Positions 1 to 18,572 of a stretch of DNA of 32,000 nucleotides are shown piece by piece. Position numbers and translations under genes: made by a program. A model generated the notes under the pieces. That model saw only the letters and a program-made list of their open reading frames with translations. It was not told the DNA's origin and did not search any database. This DNA comes from Synechococcus sp. A15-28 (GTDB lineage: Bacteria; Cyanobacteriota; Cyanobacteriia; PCC-6307; Cyanobiaceae), in assembly GCF_014280175.1 (NCBI RefSeq), contig NZ_CP047931.1, forward strand, positions 540,001 to 572,000, given 5' to 3'. Within the stretch, counting starts at the first letter, position 1; each line of letters opens with the position of its first letter.

Positions 1-1
1 C

Positions 2-886
<885 letters not shown>

Positions 887-923
887 AACCCTTGCTACGG
901 TCGCGCCCAGCCAATCCGGTTTG

Positions 924-1635
924 ATGGCCGATCTCCAGAACCAGATGAAGCAGGCGGTGGCCGATGCCGCCGTTGAGCAGATCAAGGACGGCATGGTCCT
1001 GGGACTGGGGTCCGGATCCACGGCGGCCCTGATGATCAAGGCTCTCGGGGCGAAGCTGGCCAGTGGTGCGCTGAAAGACATCGTCGGTGTCACCACCTCC
1101 TTTCAGGGTGAGGTCCTCGCCACCGAGCTGAACATCCCTCTTCTCAGCCTCAATGCAGTGGATCGCATCGATCTGGCCATTGATGGCGCCGATGAGGTGG
1201 ACCCTGGTTTTCAGCTGATCAAAGGCGGCGGCGCCTGCCACGTTCAGGAGAAGCTGGTGGCGGCACGCGCCGAGCGGTTTGTGGTGGTGGTGGATTCCAC
1301 CAAATTGGTGGAGCGTCTGAACCTTGGATTTCTGCTGCCCGTGGAAGTGCTGCCCGGGGCCTGGCGTCAGGTTCACCAGCAGCTGTCTGCCCTTGGAGGC
1401 CAAGCCGAGCTGCGCATGGCGCAGCGCAAAGCCGGCCCGGTGGTCACCGATCAGGGCAACCTCGTCCTTGATGTGACGATGAACGGTGGCATCTCCGATC
1501 CCGCGGCTCTGGAATCAACGGTGAACAACATTCCCGGCGTTCTCGAGAACGGCCTGTTTGTTGATCTCGTCGATGAGGTGCTGGTTGGAGAGATCACCGA
1601 TGGCAAGGCTGGCGTCCGCAGCCTCGAGAAGCGGC

Positions 1636-1643
<8 letters not shown>
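924..1643 (+). CDS. rpiA: Ribose-5-phosphate isomerase A
   Basis: [50 protein letters not shown] and VEVLPGAW are RpiA hallmarks. ATG at 924; alternative TTG at 921. Confidence 0.95.
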
Positions 1644-3341
<1,698 letters not shown>

Positions 3342-3388
3342 TTCAGCGAAGCCGGCAGAATGGGGGCGAAAGCGCGTTTCGCCCCTCT

Positions 3389-4177
3389 GTGTCGTCCACT
3401 CCAACGTTGATTGACAGCCACTGTCACATCGTTTTTCGAAACTTCGACGAGGACCTCGACGAGGTGGCATCGCGCTGGCGCGAAGCGGGAGTCAAGGCGT
3501 TGCTGCATGCGTGCGTCGAGCCCTCTGAAATTCCGGCGATCCGGGCACTGGCTGATCGCTTCCCGGAAATGCGTTATTCCGTCGGGGTTCATCCCTTGGA
3601 CACGGAACACTGGCGCGACGACACCGTTGCCGTGTTGCGACGGGCGGCCCTTGAGGATGAGCGGGTTGTTGCCATCGGCGAGCTGGGGCTCGATCTGTTC
3701 CGTGACAAGAACCTCGAGGAACAACTGCAGGTTCTCCGTCCTCAGCTGGATCTGGCGGTGGAGCTGGATCTGCCGGTGATCATCCACTGCCGCGATGCCG
3801 CTGAGCCCATGCTCGAGGAGCTGCGCTCCCGCGTTCCGGACGGCCGTTGCCCGCGAGGGGTCATGCACTGCTGGGGCGGAACCCCCGCTGAGATGGACGG
3901 CTTTCTGGAGCTGGGTTTCTACATCAGCTTCAGCGGCACGGTGACCTTCCCGAAGGCTGTTCCCACCCATGACTGTGCGCGACAGGTGCCGGAGGATCGT
4001 TTTTTGGTGGAAACCGATTGCCCGTTTCTGGCGCCTGTGCCCCGACGGGGCAAACGCAATGAACCTGCCTTTGTGGCGTCGGTGGCCAGCAGGGTCGCTG
4101 ATCTCCGCGGTGTCGACCTCGACACTGTGGCCACCAGCAGCACAGCCAACGCCCGTCGATTGTTCGGGCTTCCCTAA
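3389..4177 (+). CDS. tatD: TatD-family metal-dependent hydrolase
   Basis: LIDSHCHIVF, SVGVHPLD, AIGELGLDLF, QLDLAVELDLPVIIHCRDA, GVMHCWGG and FLVETDCPFLAPVPRRGKRNEP; GTG start. Confidence 0.93.
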   Translation: MSSTPTLIDSHCHIVFRNFDEDLDEVASRWREAGVKALLHACVEPSEIPAIRALADRFPEMRYSVGVHPLDTEHWRDDTVAVLRRAALEDERVVAIGELGLDLFRDKNLEEQLQVLRPQLDLAVELDLPVIIHCRDAAEPMLEELRSRVPDGRCPRGVMHCWGGTPAEMDGFLELGFYISFSGTVTFPKAVPTHDCARQVPEDRFLVETDCPFLAPVPRRGKRNEPAFVASVASRVADLRGVDLDTVATSSTANARRLFGLP

Positions 4178-4221
4178 CCGGAGTGGAGACAAACAAAGGC
4201 TGATGTGTAAGATGTTGTATT

Positions 4222-4260
4222 GGCCTGGCCATGGATCCGGTTCGCCGAATCCGTGGAGCC
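4222..4260 (+). promoter_or_regulatory. UUCG-tetraloop hairpin upstream of rpoB
   Basis: ccatggat-c-cgg-TTCG-ccg-a-atccgtgg: 8-bp stem with one wobble, 1x1 mismatch, then a 3-bp stem closed by TTCG; flanking ggc/gcc can pair further out. Confidence 0.4.
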
Positions 4261-4330
4261 CGAAGCGTCCATTCCCTTCCGGTGCACTTGTCGTCGTCAG
4301 CTGATCTGACCCTCGATCTCTGAGCGCAAT

Positions 4331-4376
4331 AGCGGCGCTGCCGGTCCCCTCATCGGGACAGGTGGCCGCCGCTTTT
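4331..4376 (+). promoter_or_regulatory. Strong GC-rich hairpin followed by a short T run in the tatD-rpoB intergenic region (terminator or attenuator candidate)
   Basis: agcggcgctgcc-g-gtccc-ctcatc-gggac-a-ggtggccgccgct then ttt. The outer 12-bp stem has two wobbles and one bulge; the inner stem is 5 bp with a 6-nt loop. Confidence 0.5.
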
Positions 4377-4454
4377 GCTGCGTCGGAGTGATGTGGTTGA
4401 GCTGATGGTGTTTGTCCAGGTCGTGTCCCTTTCGTCCTCTCTGCCGGTCCCCGC

Positions 4455-7400
4455 ATGAGCAGCAGCGCGATTCAGGTCGCCAAGACCGCCACCTATCTCC
4501 CCGATTTGGTGGAGGTGCAGCGGGCCAGCTTCAAGTGGTTTCTGGATCTGGGCCTGATCGAGGAGCTTGAGAGCTTCTCCCCCATCACCGACTACACCGG
4601 CAAGCTTGAGCTGCATTTCATCGGTAGCGAGTACCGACTGAAGCGTCCCCGCCACGATGTGGAAGAGGCAAAACGTCGTGATGCGACCTTTGCCTCGCAG
4701 ATGTATGTGACCTGTCGCCTGGTCAACAAAGAGACCGGTGAAATCAAGGAGCAGGAGGTCTTCATCGGCGAACTGCCGCTGATGACCGAGCGAGGCACCT
4801 TCATCATCAACGGTGCCGAACGCGTGATCGTGAATCAGATCGTGCGTAGTCCCGGTGTCTATTTCAAAGATGAAATGGACAAGAACGGACGCCGTACCTA
4901 CAACGCCAGCGTCATCCCCAACCGCGGCGCCTGGCTCAAGTTCGAAACCGACAAGAACAGCCTCCTCCACGTCCGCGTCGACAAGACCCGCAAGATCAAT
5001 GCCCACGTGCTGATGCGCGCCATGGGGCTGTCGGACAACGATGTGCTCGACAAGCTGCGGCACCCGGAGTTCTACAAGAAGTCGATTGATGCCGCCAACG
5101 ATGAGGGCATCAGCTCGGAAGACCAGGCCCTGCTGGAGCTCTACAAGAAGCTTCGTCCTGGTGAACCGCCCTCGGTGAGTGGTGGTCAGCAGCTGTTGCA
5201 GACCCGTTTCTTTGATCCCAAGCGCTACGACCTCGGTCGGGTCGGCCGCTACAAGATCAACAAGAAGCTGCGCCTCACCATCCCCGACACGGTGCGCACC
5301 CTCACCCATGAGGACGTGCTGTCCACGCTCGATTACCTGATCAACCTCGAGCTGGATGTCGGCGGCGCCAGCCTCGATGACATCGATCACCTGGGGAACC
5401 GTCGCGTTCGTTCTGTGGGTGAACTCCTTCAGAACCAGGTGCGCGTGGGCCTGAACCGCCTGGAGCGGATCATCAAGGAGCGGATGACGGTTGGCGAAAC
5501 CGATTCGCTGACCCCAGCCCAGTTGGTGAACCCCAAGCCCCTGGTGGCGGCGATCAAGGAGTTCTTCGGCTCCAGCCAGCTGAGCCAGTTCATGGACCAG
5601 ACGAACCCTCTGGCTGAGCTGACCCACAAACGACGGATCTCCGCCCTTGGACCCGGCGGTCTCACCCGTGAGCGTGCCGGCTTCGCCGTCCGCGACATTC
5701 ACCCGTCGCACTACGGCCGTCTCTGTCCGATCGAGACGCCGGAAGGTCCCAACGCCGGCCTGATCAACTCCCTGGCCACCCATGCCCGGGTGAATGAGTA
5801 CGGCTTCATCGAAACTCCGTTCTGGAAGGTGGAGAACGGGGTGGTCCTCAAGGAAGGTGACCCCATCTACCTGTCCGCCGACCGCGAGGATGAAGTGCGC
5901 GTGGCCCCGGGCGATGTCGCCACCGATTCCGATGGACGGATCACGGCCGATCTGATTCCTGTCCGCTATCGCCAGGACTTCGAGAAGGTGCCGCCCGAGC
6001 AGGTGGACTACGTCGCCCTGTCGCCGGTTCAGGTGATCTCGGTCGCTGCATCTCTGATTCCCTTCCTGGAGCACGACGACGCCAACCGTGCCCTGATGGG
6101 GTCCAACATGCAGCGTCAGGCTGTGCCGCTGCTGCGTCCTGAGCGTGCCCTGGTGGGCACGGGCCTGGAAACCCAGGTGGCCCGCGACTCCGGCATGGTG
6201 CCGATTTCACGGGTCAATGGCACCGTGATTTTCGTGGATGCCACCGCCATCGTCGTCCAGGACGACGAGGGGCAGGAGCACACCCACTACCTGCAGAAAT
6301 ATCAGCGTTCCAACCAGGACACCTGCCTCAACCACCGTCCGATCGTCCGCTGCGGCGATCAGGTGATCGTTGGTCAGGTGATGGCGGATGGCTCCGCCTG
6401 CGAGGGCGGTGAAATCGCTCTGGGTCAGAACGTTCTGATCGCCTACATGCCCTGGGAGGGATACAACTTCGAGGACGCCTTGCTGGTGAGCGAGCGTCTG
6501 GTGACCGACGACCTCTACACCTCGGTGCACATCGAGAAATACGAGATCGAGGCGCGCCAGACCAAGCTCGGACCCGAGGAGATCACGCGCGAGATTCCCA
6601 ATGTCGCCGAGGAAAGCCTGGGCAACCTCGACGAGATGGGCATCATTCGCGTCGGTGCCTTCGTGGAAAGCGGCGACATCCTGGTGGGCAAGGTCACGCC
6701 GAAGGGCGAGTCGGACCAGCCGCCGGAAGAGAAGCTGCTGCGGGCGATTTTCGGTGAGAAGGCCCGCGACGTTCGTGACAACTCCCTGCGGGTGCCCGGC
6801 ACCGAGCGTGGACGCGTGGTCGACGTGCGGATCTACACCCGTGAACAGGGTGATGAACTGCCCCCTGGCGCCAACATGGTGGTTCGGGTCTATGTGGCCC
6901 AGCGCCGCAAGATTCAGGTGGGCGACAAGATGGCCGGCCGCCACGGCAACAAGGGCATCATCAGCCGCATCCTTCCGCGGGAGGACATGCCTTACCTGCC
7001 GGATGGCACCCCGGTGGACATCTGCCTCAACCCCCTGGGTGTGCCGAGTCGGATGAACGTCGGCCAGGTGTTCGAGCTGCTGATGGGCTGGGCTGCTTCA
7101 AACCTCGATTCCCGCGTGCGGATCGTGCCTTTCGATGAGATGCACGGTGCCGAGATGTCCCAGGAAACCTGCGAAGCGTTCCTCAAGGAAGCCGCCAAGC
7201 AACCCGGCAAGGCCTGGGTCTACAACCCCGACGACCCTGGAAAGCTGGTGCTGCGGGATGGCCGCACCGGTCAACCCTTTGATCAGCCTGTGGCCGTGGG
7301 CTATTCCCACTTCCTCAAGCTGGTGCACCTGGTGGATGACAAGATCCACGCCCGCTCCACCGGTCCCTACTCCCTGGTCACCCAGCAGCCCCTGGGTGGT

Positions 7401-7748
7401 AAGGCGCAGCAAGGTGGTCAGCGTCTGGGTGAGATGGAGGTGTGGGCTCTTGAGGCCTATGGCGCCGCCTACACCCTGCAGGAACTGCTCACGGTCAAGT
7501 CCGACGACATGCAGGGCCGCAACGAGGCGCTCAACGCCATCGTCAAGGGCAAACCGATCCCCCGCCCCGGCACGCCGGAATCCTTCAAGGTGCTGATGCG
7601 CGAACTCCAGTCCCTCGGACTCGACATCGCTGTGTACACCGATGAAGGCAAGGAAGTGGATCTGATGCAGGACGTGAACCCCCGCCGCAGCACTCCAAGC
7701 CGTCCCACCTACGAATCCCTCGGCGTCGCGGATTACGACGAGGACTGA
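4455..7748 (+). CDS. rpoB: DNA-directed RNA polymerase subunit beta
   Basis: [93 protein letters not shown] and [28 protein letters not shown]. Confidence 0.99.
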   Translation: MSSSAIQVAKTATYLPDLVEVQRASFKWFLDLGLIEELESFSPITDYTGKLELHFIGSEYRLKRPRHDVEEAKRRDATFASQMYVTCRLVNKETGEIKEQEVFIGELPLMTERGTFIINGAERVIVNQIVRSPGVYFKDEMDKNGRRTYNASVIPNRGAWLKFETDKNSLLHVRVDKTRKINAHVLMRAMGLSDNDVLDKLRHPEFYKKSIDAANDEGISSEDQALLELYKKLRPGEPPSVSGGQQLLQTRFFDPKRYDLGRVGRYKINKKLRLTIPDTVRTLTHEDVLSTLDYLINLELDVGGASLDDIDHLGNRRVRSVGELLQNQVRVGLNRLERIIKERMTVGETDSLTPAQLVNPKPLVAAIKEFFGSSQLSQFMDQTNPLAELTHKRRISALGPGGLTRERAGFAVRDIHPSHYGRLCPIETPEGPNAGLINSLATHARVNEYGFIETPFWKVENGVVLKEGDPIYLSADREDEVRVAPGDVATDSDGRITADLIPVRYRQDFEKVPPEQVDYVALSPVQVISVAASLIPFLEHDDANRALMGSNMQRQAVPLLRPERALVGTGLETQVARDSGMVPISRVNGTVIFVDATAIVVQDDEGQEHTHYLQKYQRSNQDTCLNHRPIVRCGDQVIVGQVMADGSACEGGEIALGQNVLIAYMPWEGYNFEDALLVSERLVTDDLYTSVHIEKYEIEARQTKLGPEEITREIPNVAEESLGNLDEMGIIRVGAFVESGDILVGKVTPKGESDQPPEEKLLRAIFGEKARDVRDNSLRVPGTERGRVVDVRIYTREQGDELPPGANMVVRVYVAQRRKIQVGDKMAGRHGNKGIISRILPREDMPYLPDGTPVDICLNPLGVPSRMNVGQVFELLMGWAASNLDSRVRIVPFDEMHGAEMSQETCEAFLKEAAKQPGKAWVYNPDDPGKLVLRDGRTGQPFDQPVAVGYSHFLKLVHLVDDKIHARSTGPYSLVTQQPLGGKAQQGGQRLGEMEVWALEAYGAAYTLQELLTVKSDDMQGRNEALNAIVKGKPIPRPGTPESFKVLMRELQSLGLDIAVYTDEGKEVDLMQDVNPRRSTPSRPTYESLGVADYDED

Positions 7749-7798
7749 CGGATCGAACGGATCACAACGACTGAAAGACCTTCCTCCAACCGCCGTCC

Positions 7799-13842
<6,044 letters not shown>

Positions 13843-13877
13843 TCACCGCCTCCTGCCATCCCATCGCTGATCCACCG

Positions 13878-14030
13878 ATGCTTGAGCCCACCGACATCCC
13901 CCAGCGTCGTCTGCCGCGATTTGGCTTCCACGGTCACACCGAAAAGCTCAACGGGCGTGCTGCCATGCTCGGCTTCATCGCTTTGCTGGTGGTGGAGATC
14001 AAGCTGGGCCATGGTCTCCTGATCTGGTGA
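13878..14030 (+). CDS. High-light-inducible / one-helix chlorophyll-binding-like protein, 50 aa
   Basis: Hand translation: [50 protein letters not shown]. It has the ExxNGRxAMxGF...E helix motif and is below the length cutoff of the supplied ORF track. Confidence 0.85.
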   Translation: MLEPTDIPQRRLPRFGFHGHTEKLNGRAAMLGFIALLVVEIKLGHGLLIW

Positions 14031-15070
14031 GCCGGATGTTGCTCGGCCGCAGCGCGGTCGAGCTGGAGAGCTGGGCGGTTGCTCAGGGGCAGAAGCCCTT
14101 TCGTGGGCGGCAGCTCCATGACTGGCTCTATGCCAAGGGGGCCCGATCCCTGGCGGACATCACCGTGCTCCCCAAGGCCTGGCGGGCATCCCTCAAGGCG
14201 GAAGGGGTTGAGGTGGGCCGCCTCAAGGAGGTGCACCGTTCAGTCGCAGCCGATGCCACAACGAAATTGCTGTTGTCCACCGATGACGGCGAGACGATTG
14301 AAACTGTCGGAATTCCCACCGATCAACGACTCACGGTGTGTGTCTCAAGCCAGGTGGGGTGTCCGATGGCCTGCCGTTTCTGCGCGACGGGCAAAGGCGG
14401 CCTGCAACGCTCTCTGCGGACCCACGAAATTGTTGATCAGGTGCTGAGTGTGCGGGAGGTGATGGACCGCCGCCCCTCCCACATCGTGTTCATGGGCATG
14501 GGGGAGCCACTCCTCAACAGCCAGGCGGTTCTGGATGCCATCCGCTGCCTCAACGACGACCTTGGGATCGGTCAACGTCGCATCACGGTGAGCACCGTTG
14601 GTGTTCCGAAAACGCTTCCACAACTCGCAGAACTGGCTCTGGACACCCTGGGTCGAGCCCAGTTCACCCTGGCGGTGAGCCTTCATGCCCCCAACCAAGC
14701 CCTGCGGGAAGAGCTCATCCCCACGGCTCATGCCTATCCCTATGAGGCCTTGCTGGAGGACTGTCGTCACTACCTGGCCGTCACCGGCCGTCGCGTCAGT
14801 TTTGAGTACATCCTTCTTGGCGGTTTGAACGATGCCCCCGAGCACGCCGCCGAACTGGCGGACCGGGTGGGGGGCTTCCAGAGCCACGTGAACCTGATCG
14901 CCTACAACCCAATTGAGGAGGAGGAGTTTCAACGCCCCACCCGCTCCAGAATTGAGACCTTCCAGCGTGTGCTCGAGCGTCGTGGTGTGGCCGTCAGTCT
15001 GCGAGCCAGCCGCGGCCTGGATCAGAACGCTGCCTGCGGTCAGTTACGGCGTCAACGTCAGGGGAGCTGA
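14027..15070 (+). CDS. rlmN: 23S rRNA (adenine(2503)-C(2))-methyltransferase
   Basis: Radical SAM motif [17 protein letters not shown]-like N-terminus, [36 protein letters not shown] and [14 protein letters not shown] start overlapping the hli stop codon. Confidence 0.95.
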   Translation: MSRMLLGRSAVELESWAVAQGQKPFRGRQLHDWLYAKGARSLADITVLPKAWRASLKAEGVEVGRLKEVHRSVAADATTKLLLSTDDGETIETVGIPTDQRLTVCVSSQVGCPMACRFCATGKGGLQRSLRTHEIVDQVLSVREVMDRRPSHIVFMGMGEPLLNSQAVLDAIRCLNDDLGIGQRRITVSTVGVPKTLPQLAELALDTLGRAQFTLAVSLHAPNQALREELIPTAHAYPYEALLEDCRHYLAVTGRRVSFEYILLGGLNDAPEHAAELADRVGGFQSHVNLIAYNPIEEEEFQRPTRSRIETFQRVLERRGVAVSLRASRGLDQNAACGQLRRQRQGS

Positions 15071-15795
15071 GCGGCGGTGAGCTTTTGATGGAGCTGGATG
15101 TCGAGTCCGTAGGTCATTTCGAATTGGCGTTGCACCCGTTCGAGCAGTCGAATGGATTGAGATTGATTGCTCTCTCCCTTTCGACTGCTGTTGAGGTGGG
15201 GGAGTTCTCGGCTTATGGGAATATCACGTTGCAACATCTGCTCGTTTAGGCGCTGCCAGTCTGTCCTCATAGATTCGATGCAGCCGATGAAGTCGGGAAG
15301 CTTTCCTTTTGAGTCGCTGATCAGGAAAGTCTGCGGTTGGGTATGAACATCCATCGCATCAAGGCTCAGGCTGCACGTGAGCTCAACAAATTCACTGAAG
15401 CTCATGGTCTTGTCATATCCAAGACGCTTCATCGCCGGAAAGACCGATGGACGCAGAACCTTTTCTCGATAACAAGAGTGAAGTCTTTGTAGTGGTTCTC
15501 GGATGAATGTAAAGCAAAAAACTTTTTTGCGAAGGGCTGTGTATTTTTCAGATTTTAAAAATTTTGCTTCTGTGGTGCAGTTTTTCCAGAAGCGATCGTT
15601 TGTTGGTTCCAGTGCTCGTTCAGTGCGTGGATTGGTCGTTGGTACTGCTTGTATGAGTTCAGATAGAGCTGTTTTGATCGATGTGTTTGCGCACTTTGGG
15701 ACTCGTGCATAGACGAGCTTGTGATGGGGGATGTAAATAAAGCCTTTCCCTTTCACGATCGCCCCATTCTGTTTGGGCCGAACTTTACGAACCAT
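15058..15795 (-). CDS. Sulfotransferase-family (Sulfotransfer_2-like) protein
   Basis: PAPS 5'-phosphosulfate-like loop ([16 protein letters not shown]) and 3'-phosphate-like motif ([20 protein letters not shown]); locally AT-rich. Confidence 0.72.
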   Translation of the reverse strand: MVRKVRPKQNGAIVKGKGFIYIPHHKLVYARVPKCANTSIKTALSELIQAVPTTNPRTERALEPTNDRFWKNCTTEAKFLKSEKYTALRKKVFCFTFIREPLQRLHSCYREKVLRPSVFPAMKRLGYDKTMSFSEFVELTCSLSLDAMDVHTQPQTFLISDSKGKLPDFIGCIESMRTDWQRLNEQMLQRDIPISRELPHLNSSRKGESNQSQSIRLLERVQRQFEMTYGLDIQLHQKLTAAQLP

Positions 15796-15824
15796 CCCAG
15801 ACTGATGCCTGAAGATGGCGGGTT

Positions 15825-17588
15825 ATGGCACCGATCGACTGGGCACTGCTCGGGGCCTATCTGGTTCTGACGCTGGTGCTGGGGCTGTGGCTGGCCCGTC
15901 GCAACAGCGGTGAGGAGGACTACTTCGTTGCCGGTCGTCGTCTCAGTGGCTGGCTGGCTGGTGCATCGATGGCTGCGACGACGTTCTCCATCGACACCCC
16001 TCTCTATGTGGCGGGGTTGATCGGCAGCCGTGGACTGGCGGGGAACTGGGAGTGGTGGAGCTTTGGCCTGGCCCATGTGGCCATGGCTGTGGTGTTCGCG
16101 CCGTTGTGGCGTCGCAGTGGCGTGCTCACCGATGCGGCGTTCACGGAACTTCGTTACGGAGGCTCTGCCGCAGCCTGGTTGCGGGGGGTCAAGGCGTTCC
16201 TACTGGCTCTGCCGGTGAACTGCATCGGCATCGGCTATGCCTTTCTGGCCTTGCGCAAAGTGGTGGAAGCGCTGGGCATCGTCACCGGCGCGCCCGCGGC
16301 CTTCGGCGTGCCTGACACGTTGTGGCTCCTGGCCGTGGTGGCCTTGATGGTGCTGGCTTACACCGTGGCTGGTGGTCTCTGGGCCGTGGTGGTGACGGAT
16401 CTGGTGCAGCTGGTGCTGGCGTTGCTCGGGGCCCTCGCCGTCGCCATTGCTGCGTTGCATGCCGCTGGCGGTATGGGAGGGCTGCTGGATCAGCTGGAGG
16501 GCATGAACCGCCCGGAGCTGCTGTCTCTCGTTCCCTGGTCCATCGAAGACGGCGGGGTGCATTGGTTGGAGGGAGCCGGCATCTCGGTTCCGATGTTCCT
16601 GGCCTACATCGCTATTCAGTGGTGGAGTTTCCGCCGCAGTGACGGTGGTGGTGAATTCATTCAACGCATGCTCGCCACCCGTGATGAACAGCAGGCGCGG
16701 TTGGCGGGTTGGGTTTTTCTGGTGGTGAATTATCTGGTGCGCAGCTGGCTGTGGGTGGTGGTGGCCCTGGCGGCGCTGGTGCTGCTTCCCGATCAGGGGG
16801 ACTGGGAGTTGAGCTACCCCGCCTTGGCGGTGCAGCTGCTGCCTCCGGTGGCGTTGGGATTGGTGGTGGTGTCGCTGGTGGCAGCCTTCATGAGCACGGT
16901 GAGCACATCGGTGAACTGGGGGGCCAGCTACCTCACCCATGACCTCTACCAACGCTTCATCCGCCCGAGGGCTGGTTCTGGTGAGCTGCTGCTGGTGGGG
17001 CAGCTCACCACGGTTTTGCTGCTCATGCTGGGCGTGGTCACGGCCTTGATCAGCGACAGCATCGGCACCGTGTTCCGTCTTGTGATCGCCATCGGGTCCG
17101 GGCCTGGCGTCGTGTTGGTGTTGCGCTGGTTCTGGTGGCGGGTGAATGCGGCGGCGGAACTGGCGGCCATGCTCTGCGGTTTCGTCGTCGGTTTGCTCAC
17201 CTCGGTGCTGCCCGTTGTGAGAATTGAGGATTACGGCCTGCGGCTGGCGGTGATCACTGGCGTTTCAGCGGTGGTGTGGCTGAGCGCCATGCTGCTCACC
17301 CCGCCGGAATCGGAGGCGGTGCTGGAAACCTTCATCCGTAAGGTGCAGCCACCCGGCCCCGGTTGGGCTCGGTTGCGGCAGCGCTTCCAGGTGGAGCCGC
17401 AGGAGAGCCTGTCAACGTTGCTGGCCCGGTTTGTGTGGTCCTGTGGGGTGTTGTTCGGTGGATTGATCGGAATCGGAGGATTTCTGCTGCATCAGCAGTT
17501 CAACGGTTGGGGCGGACTGGCGGTTCTTGTGGGCTCATGGCTGCTGTTGCGCCGCCTTCCCCAGCAGAATGGCGCTCGCATCGTCTGA
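15825..17588 (+). CDS. Sodium:solute symporter (SSS) family protein
   Basis: N-terminal NSGEEDYFVAGRRLSGWLAGASMAATTFSIDTPLYVAGLIG; many hydrophobic helices; AAFMSTVSTSVNWGASYLTHDLYQRF. Confidence 0.9.
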   Translation: MAPIDWALLGAYLVLTLVLGLWLARRNSGEEDYFVAGRRLSGWLAGASMAATTFSIDTPLYVAGLIGSRGLAGNWEWWSFGLAHVAMAVVFAPLWRRSGVLTDAAFTELRYGGSAAAWLRGVKAFLLALPVNCIGIGYAFLALRKVVEALGIVTGAPAAFGVPDTLWLLAVVALMVLAYTVAGGLWAVVVTDLVQLVLALLGALAVAIAALHAAGGMGGLLDQLEGMNRPELLSLVPWSIEDGGVHWLEGAGISVPMFLAYIAIQWWSFRRSDGGGEFIQRMLATRDEQQARLAGWVFLVVNYLVRSWLWVVVALAALVLLPDQGDWELSYPALAVQLLPPVALGLVVVSLVAAFMSTVSTSVNWGASYLTHDLYQRFIRPRAGSGELLLVGQLTTVLLLMLGVVTALISDSIGTVFRLVIAIGSGPGVVLVLRWFWWRVNAAAELAAMLCGFVVGLLTSVLPVVRIEDYGLRLAVITGVSAVVWLSAMLLTPPESEAVLETFIRKVQPPGPGWARLRQRFQVEPQESLSTLLARFVWSCGVLFGGLIGIGGFLLHQQFNGWGGLAVLVGSWLLLRRLPQQNGARIV

Positions 17589-17593
17589 CGCCA

Positions 17594-17719
17594 TTGTCTT
17601 TTTTTCGAACCACCCTCTTGCCGGCGCTGATTGTCGTGCTGTTCGGATTGGCGCTTGTGGCTGTCAGCGCCAGGATCTGGCTGCCGGGTGACATGCTGGC
17701 TCCAGCTCCGGTGGGGTGA
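17594..17719 (+). CDS. Possible 41-aa single-helix membrane protein (TTG start)
   Basis: LSFFRTTLLPALIVVLFGLALVAVSARIWLPGDMLAPAPVG* is hydrophobic and starts just after the symporter stop; no RBS or homology check was possible. Confidence 0.3.
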   Translation: MSFFRTTLLPALIVVLFGLALVAVSARIWLPGDMLAPAPVG

Positions 17720-17753
17720 CAGGATCTGACAGCTCCTTGCTGAGCAACAGTGA

Positions 17754-18557
17754 TTACCAGAGGTCGGCGTTGAGACCCTCGTTTTCATCATTGCTCTCGG
17801 ATGATGAGTCGTTCTCTTCATCGGCATCGCTGTCAAGGGAATCATCTTCGGGGGTGTCTTTGATGTTGGCCAGGTACCAGCTTTGGCACGCATCAAAACG
17901 TCCCGAGTATGCGATTGTGCCGTTATGAAGAACGATGCCGTCCTGGCAATATTGCTGGAGAACGTTGTAATCCGTATGGGTCATAATCAGAGACTTTCCT
18001 GCAGTTCTCTCCCGCAGGGCCTGTTGGAGCCTCAACAATCGTTCTGATGTTGCATCAGACTTCCAGGCAAAGATCTTGGGGATGATGTAAGTGTCAAAGT
18101 CGAAGGCAAGGGCAACAGCAAGGTAAAACCTTGCCCGCATGAACTTGTTGTACACACGCAGGGGTTTATCGAAGAATCCCTCCTCCAGATCTGCCAGGGT
18201 TTGAATGACCTCGAGATCCCTGTTTCGCTGGCCGCCATGGCCGTACACACCTTGAAGGAAGGCAGCGTTCTGTCGACCCGTTAGTGAGCTCAGTAATCCA
18301 CCACGAACACCGAGTGGCCAACTGACATTGGTGTTGATCGACACCTCACCTTTTTGAACGGATACAACTCCCGCTGCACACTCCAGTAGGGCGTGGGCTT
18401 CACGCATCGATGCAGAGATAACACCAACCCTCTGGCCTTCCATCAGCTGCCAGCTGAGGCCATTCAGCAAGCGTTTGGTTGTTTCTTTGGAGCCGCTGAC
18501 CTCTCGAACCACGCCCTGAAGGTTGAGCAAAGGTCGGGTTGAGGAGGCAATCGTCAT
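17754..18557 (-). CDS. KpsT/Wzt-like ABC-transporter ATP-binding-domain homolog with degenerate nucleotide-binding motifs and an acidic C-terminal tail
   Basis: KpsT-like architecture NTNVSWPLGVRGGLLSSLTGRQNAAFLQGVYG...LRVYNKFMRARFYLAVALAFDFDTYIIPK...SLIMTHTDYNVLQQYCQDGIVLHNGTI. ATG at 18557; alternative TTG at 18569. Confidence 0.75.
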   Translation of the reverse strand: MTIASSTRPLLNLQGVVREVSGSKETTKRLLNGLSWQLMEGQRVGVISASMREAHALLECAAGVVSVQKGEVSINTNVSWPLGVRGGLLSSLTGRQNAAFLQGVYGHGGQRNRDLEVIQTLADLEEGFFDKPLRVYNKFMRARFYLAVALAFDFDTYIIPKIFAWKSDATSERLLRLQQALRERTAGKSLIMTHTDYNVLQQYCQDGIVLHNGTIAYSGRFDACQSWYLANIKDTPEDDSLDSDADEENDSSSESNDENEGLNADLW

Positions 18558-18572
18558 CCTGGGAAACAACCG

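Noticed and set aside
4201-4220. TAAGAT as a -10 element for rpoB
   Set aside because: No convincing -35 at the expected spacing; not enough evidence to call a promoter.
4229-4256. GGTTCG...AATCC resembling a tRNA T-arm upstream of rpoB
   Set aside because: No acceptor, D-arm or anticodon arm can be formed around it; better explained as a UUCG hairpin.
4350-6074. 574-aa minus-strand ORF opposite rpoB, plus similar ones at 6207-6944 and 8807-9673
   Set aside because: Antisense to conserved RNA polymerase genes and compositionally explained by GC-biased codon usage.
15503-15712. 69-aa plus-strand ORF inside the AT-rich sulfotransferase gene
   Set aside because: Antisense to a longer ORF with sulfotransferase motifs; no independent support.
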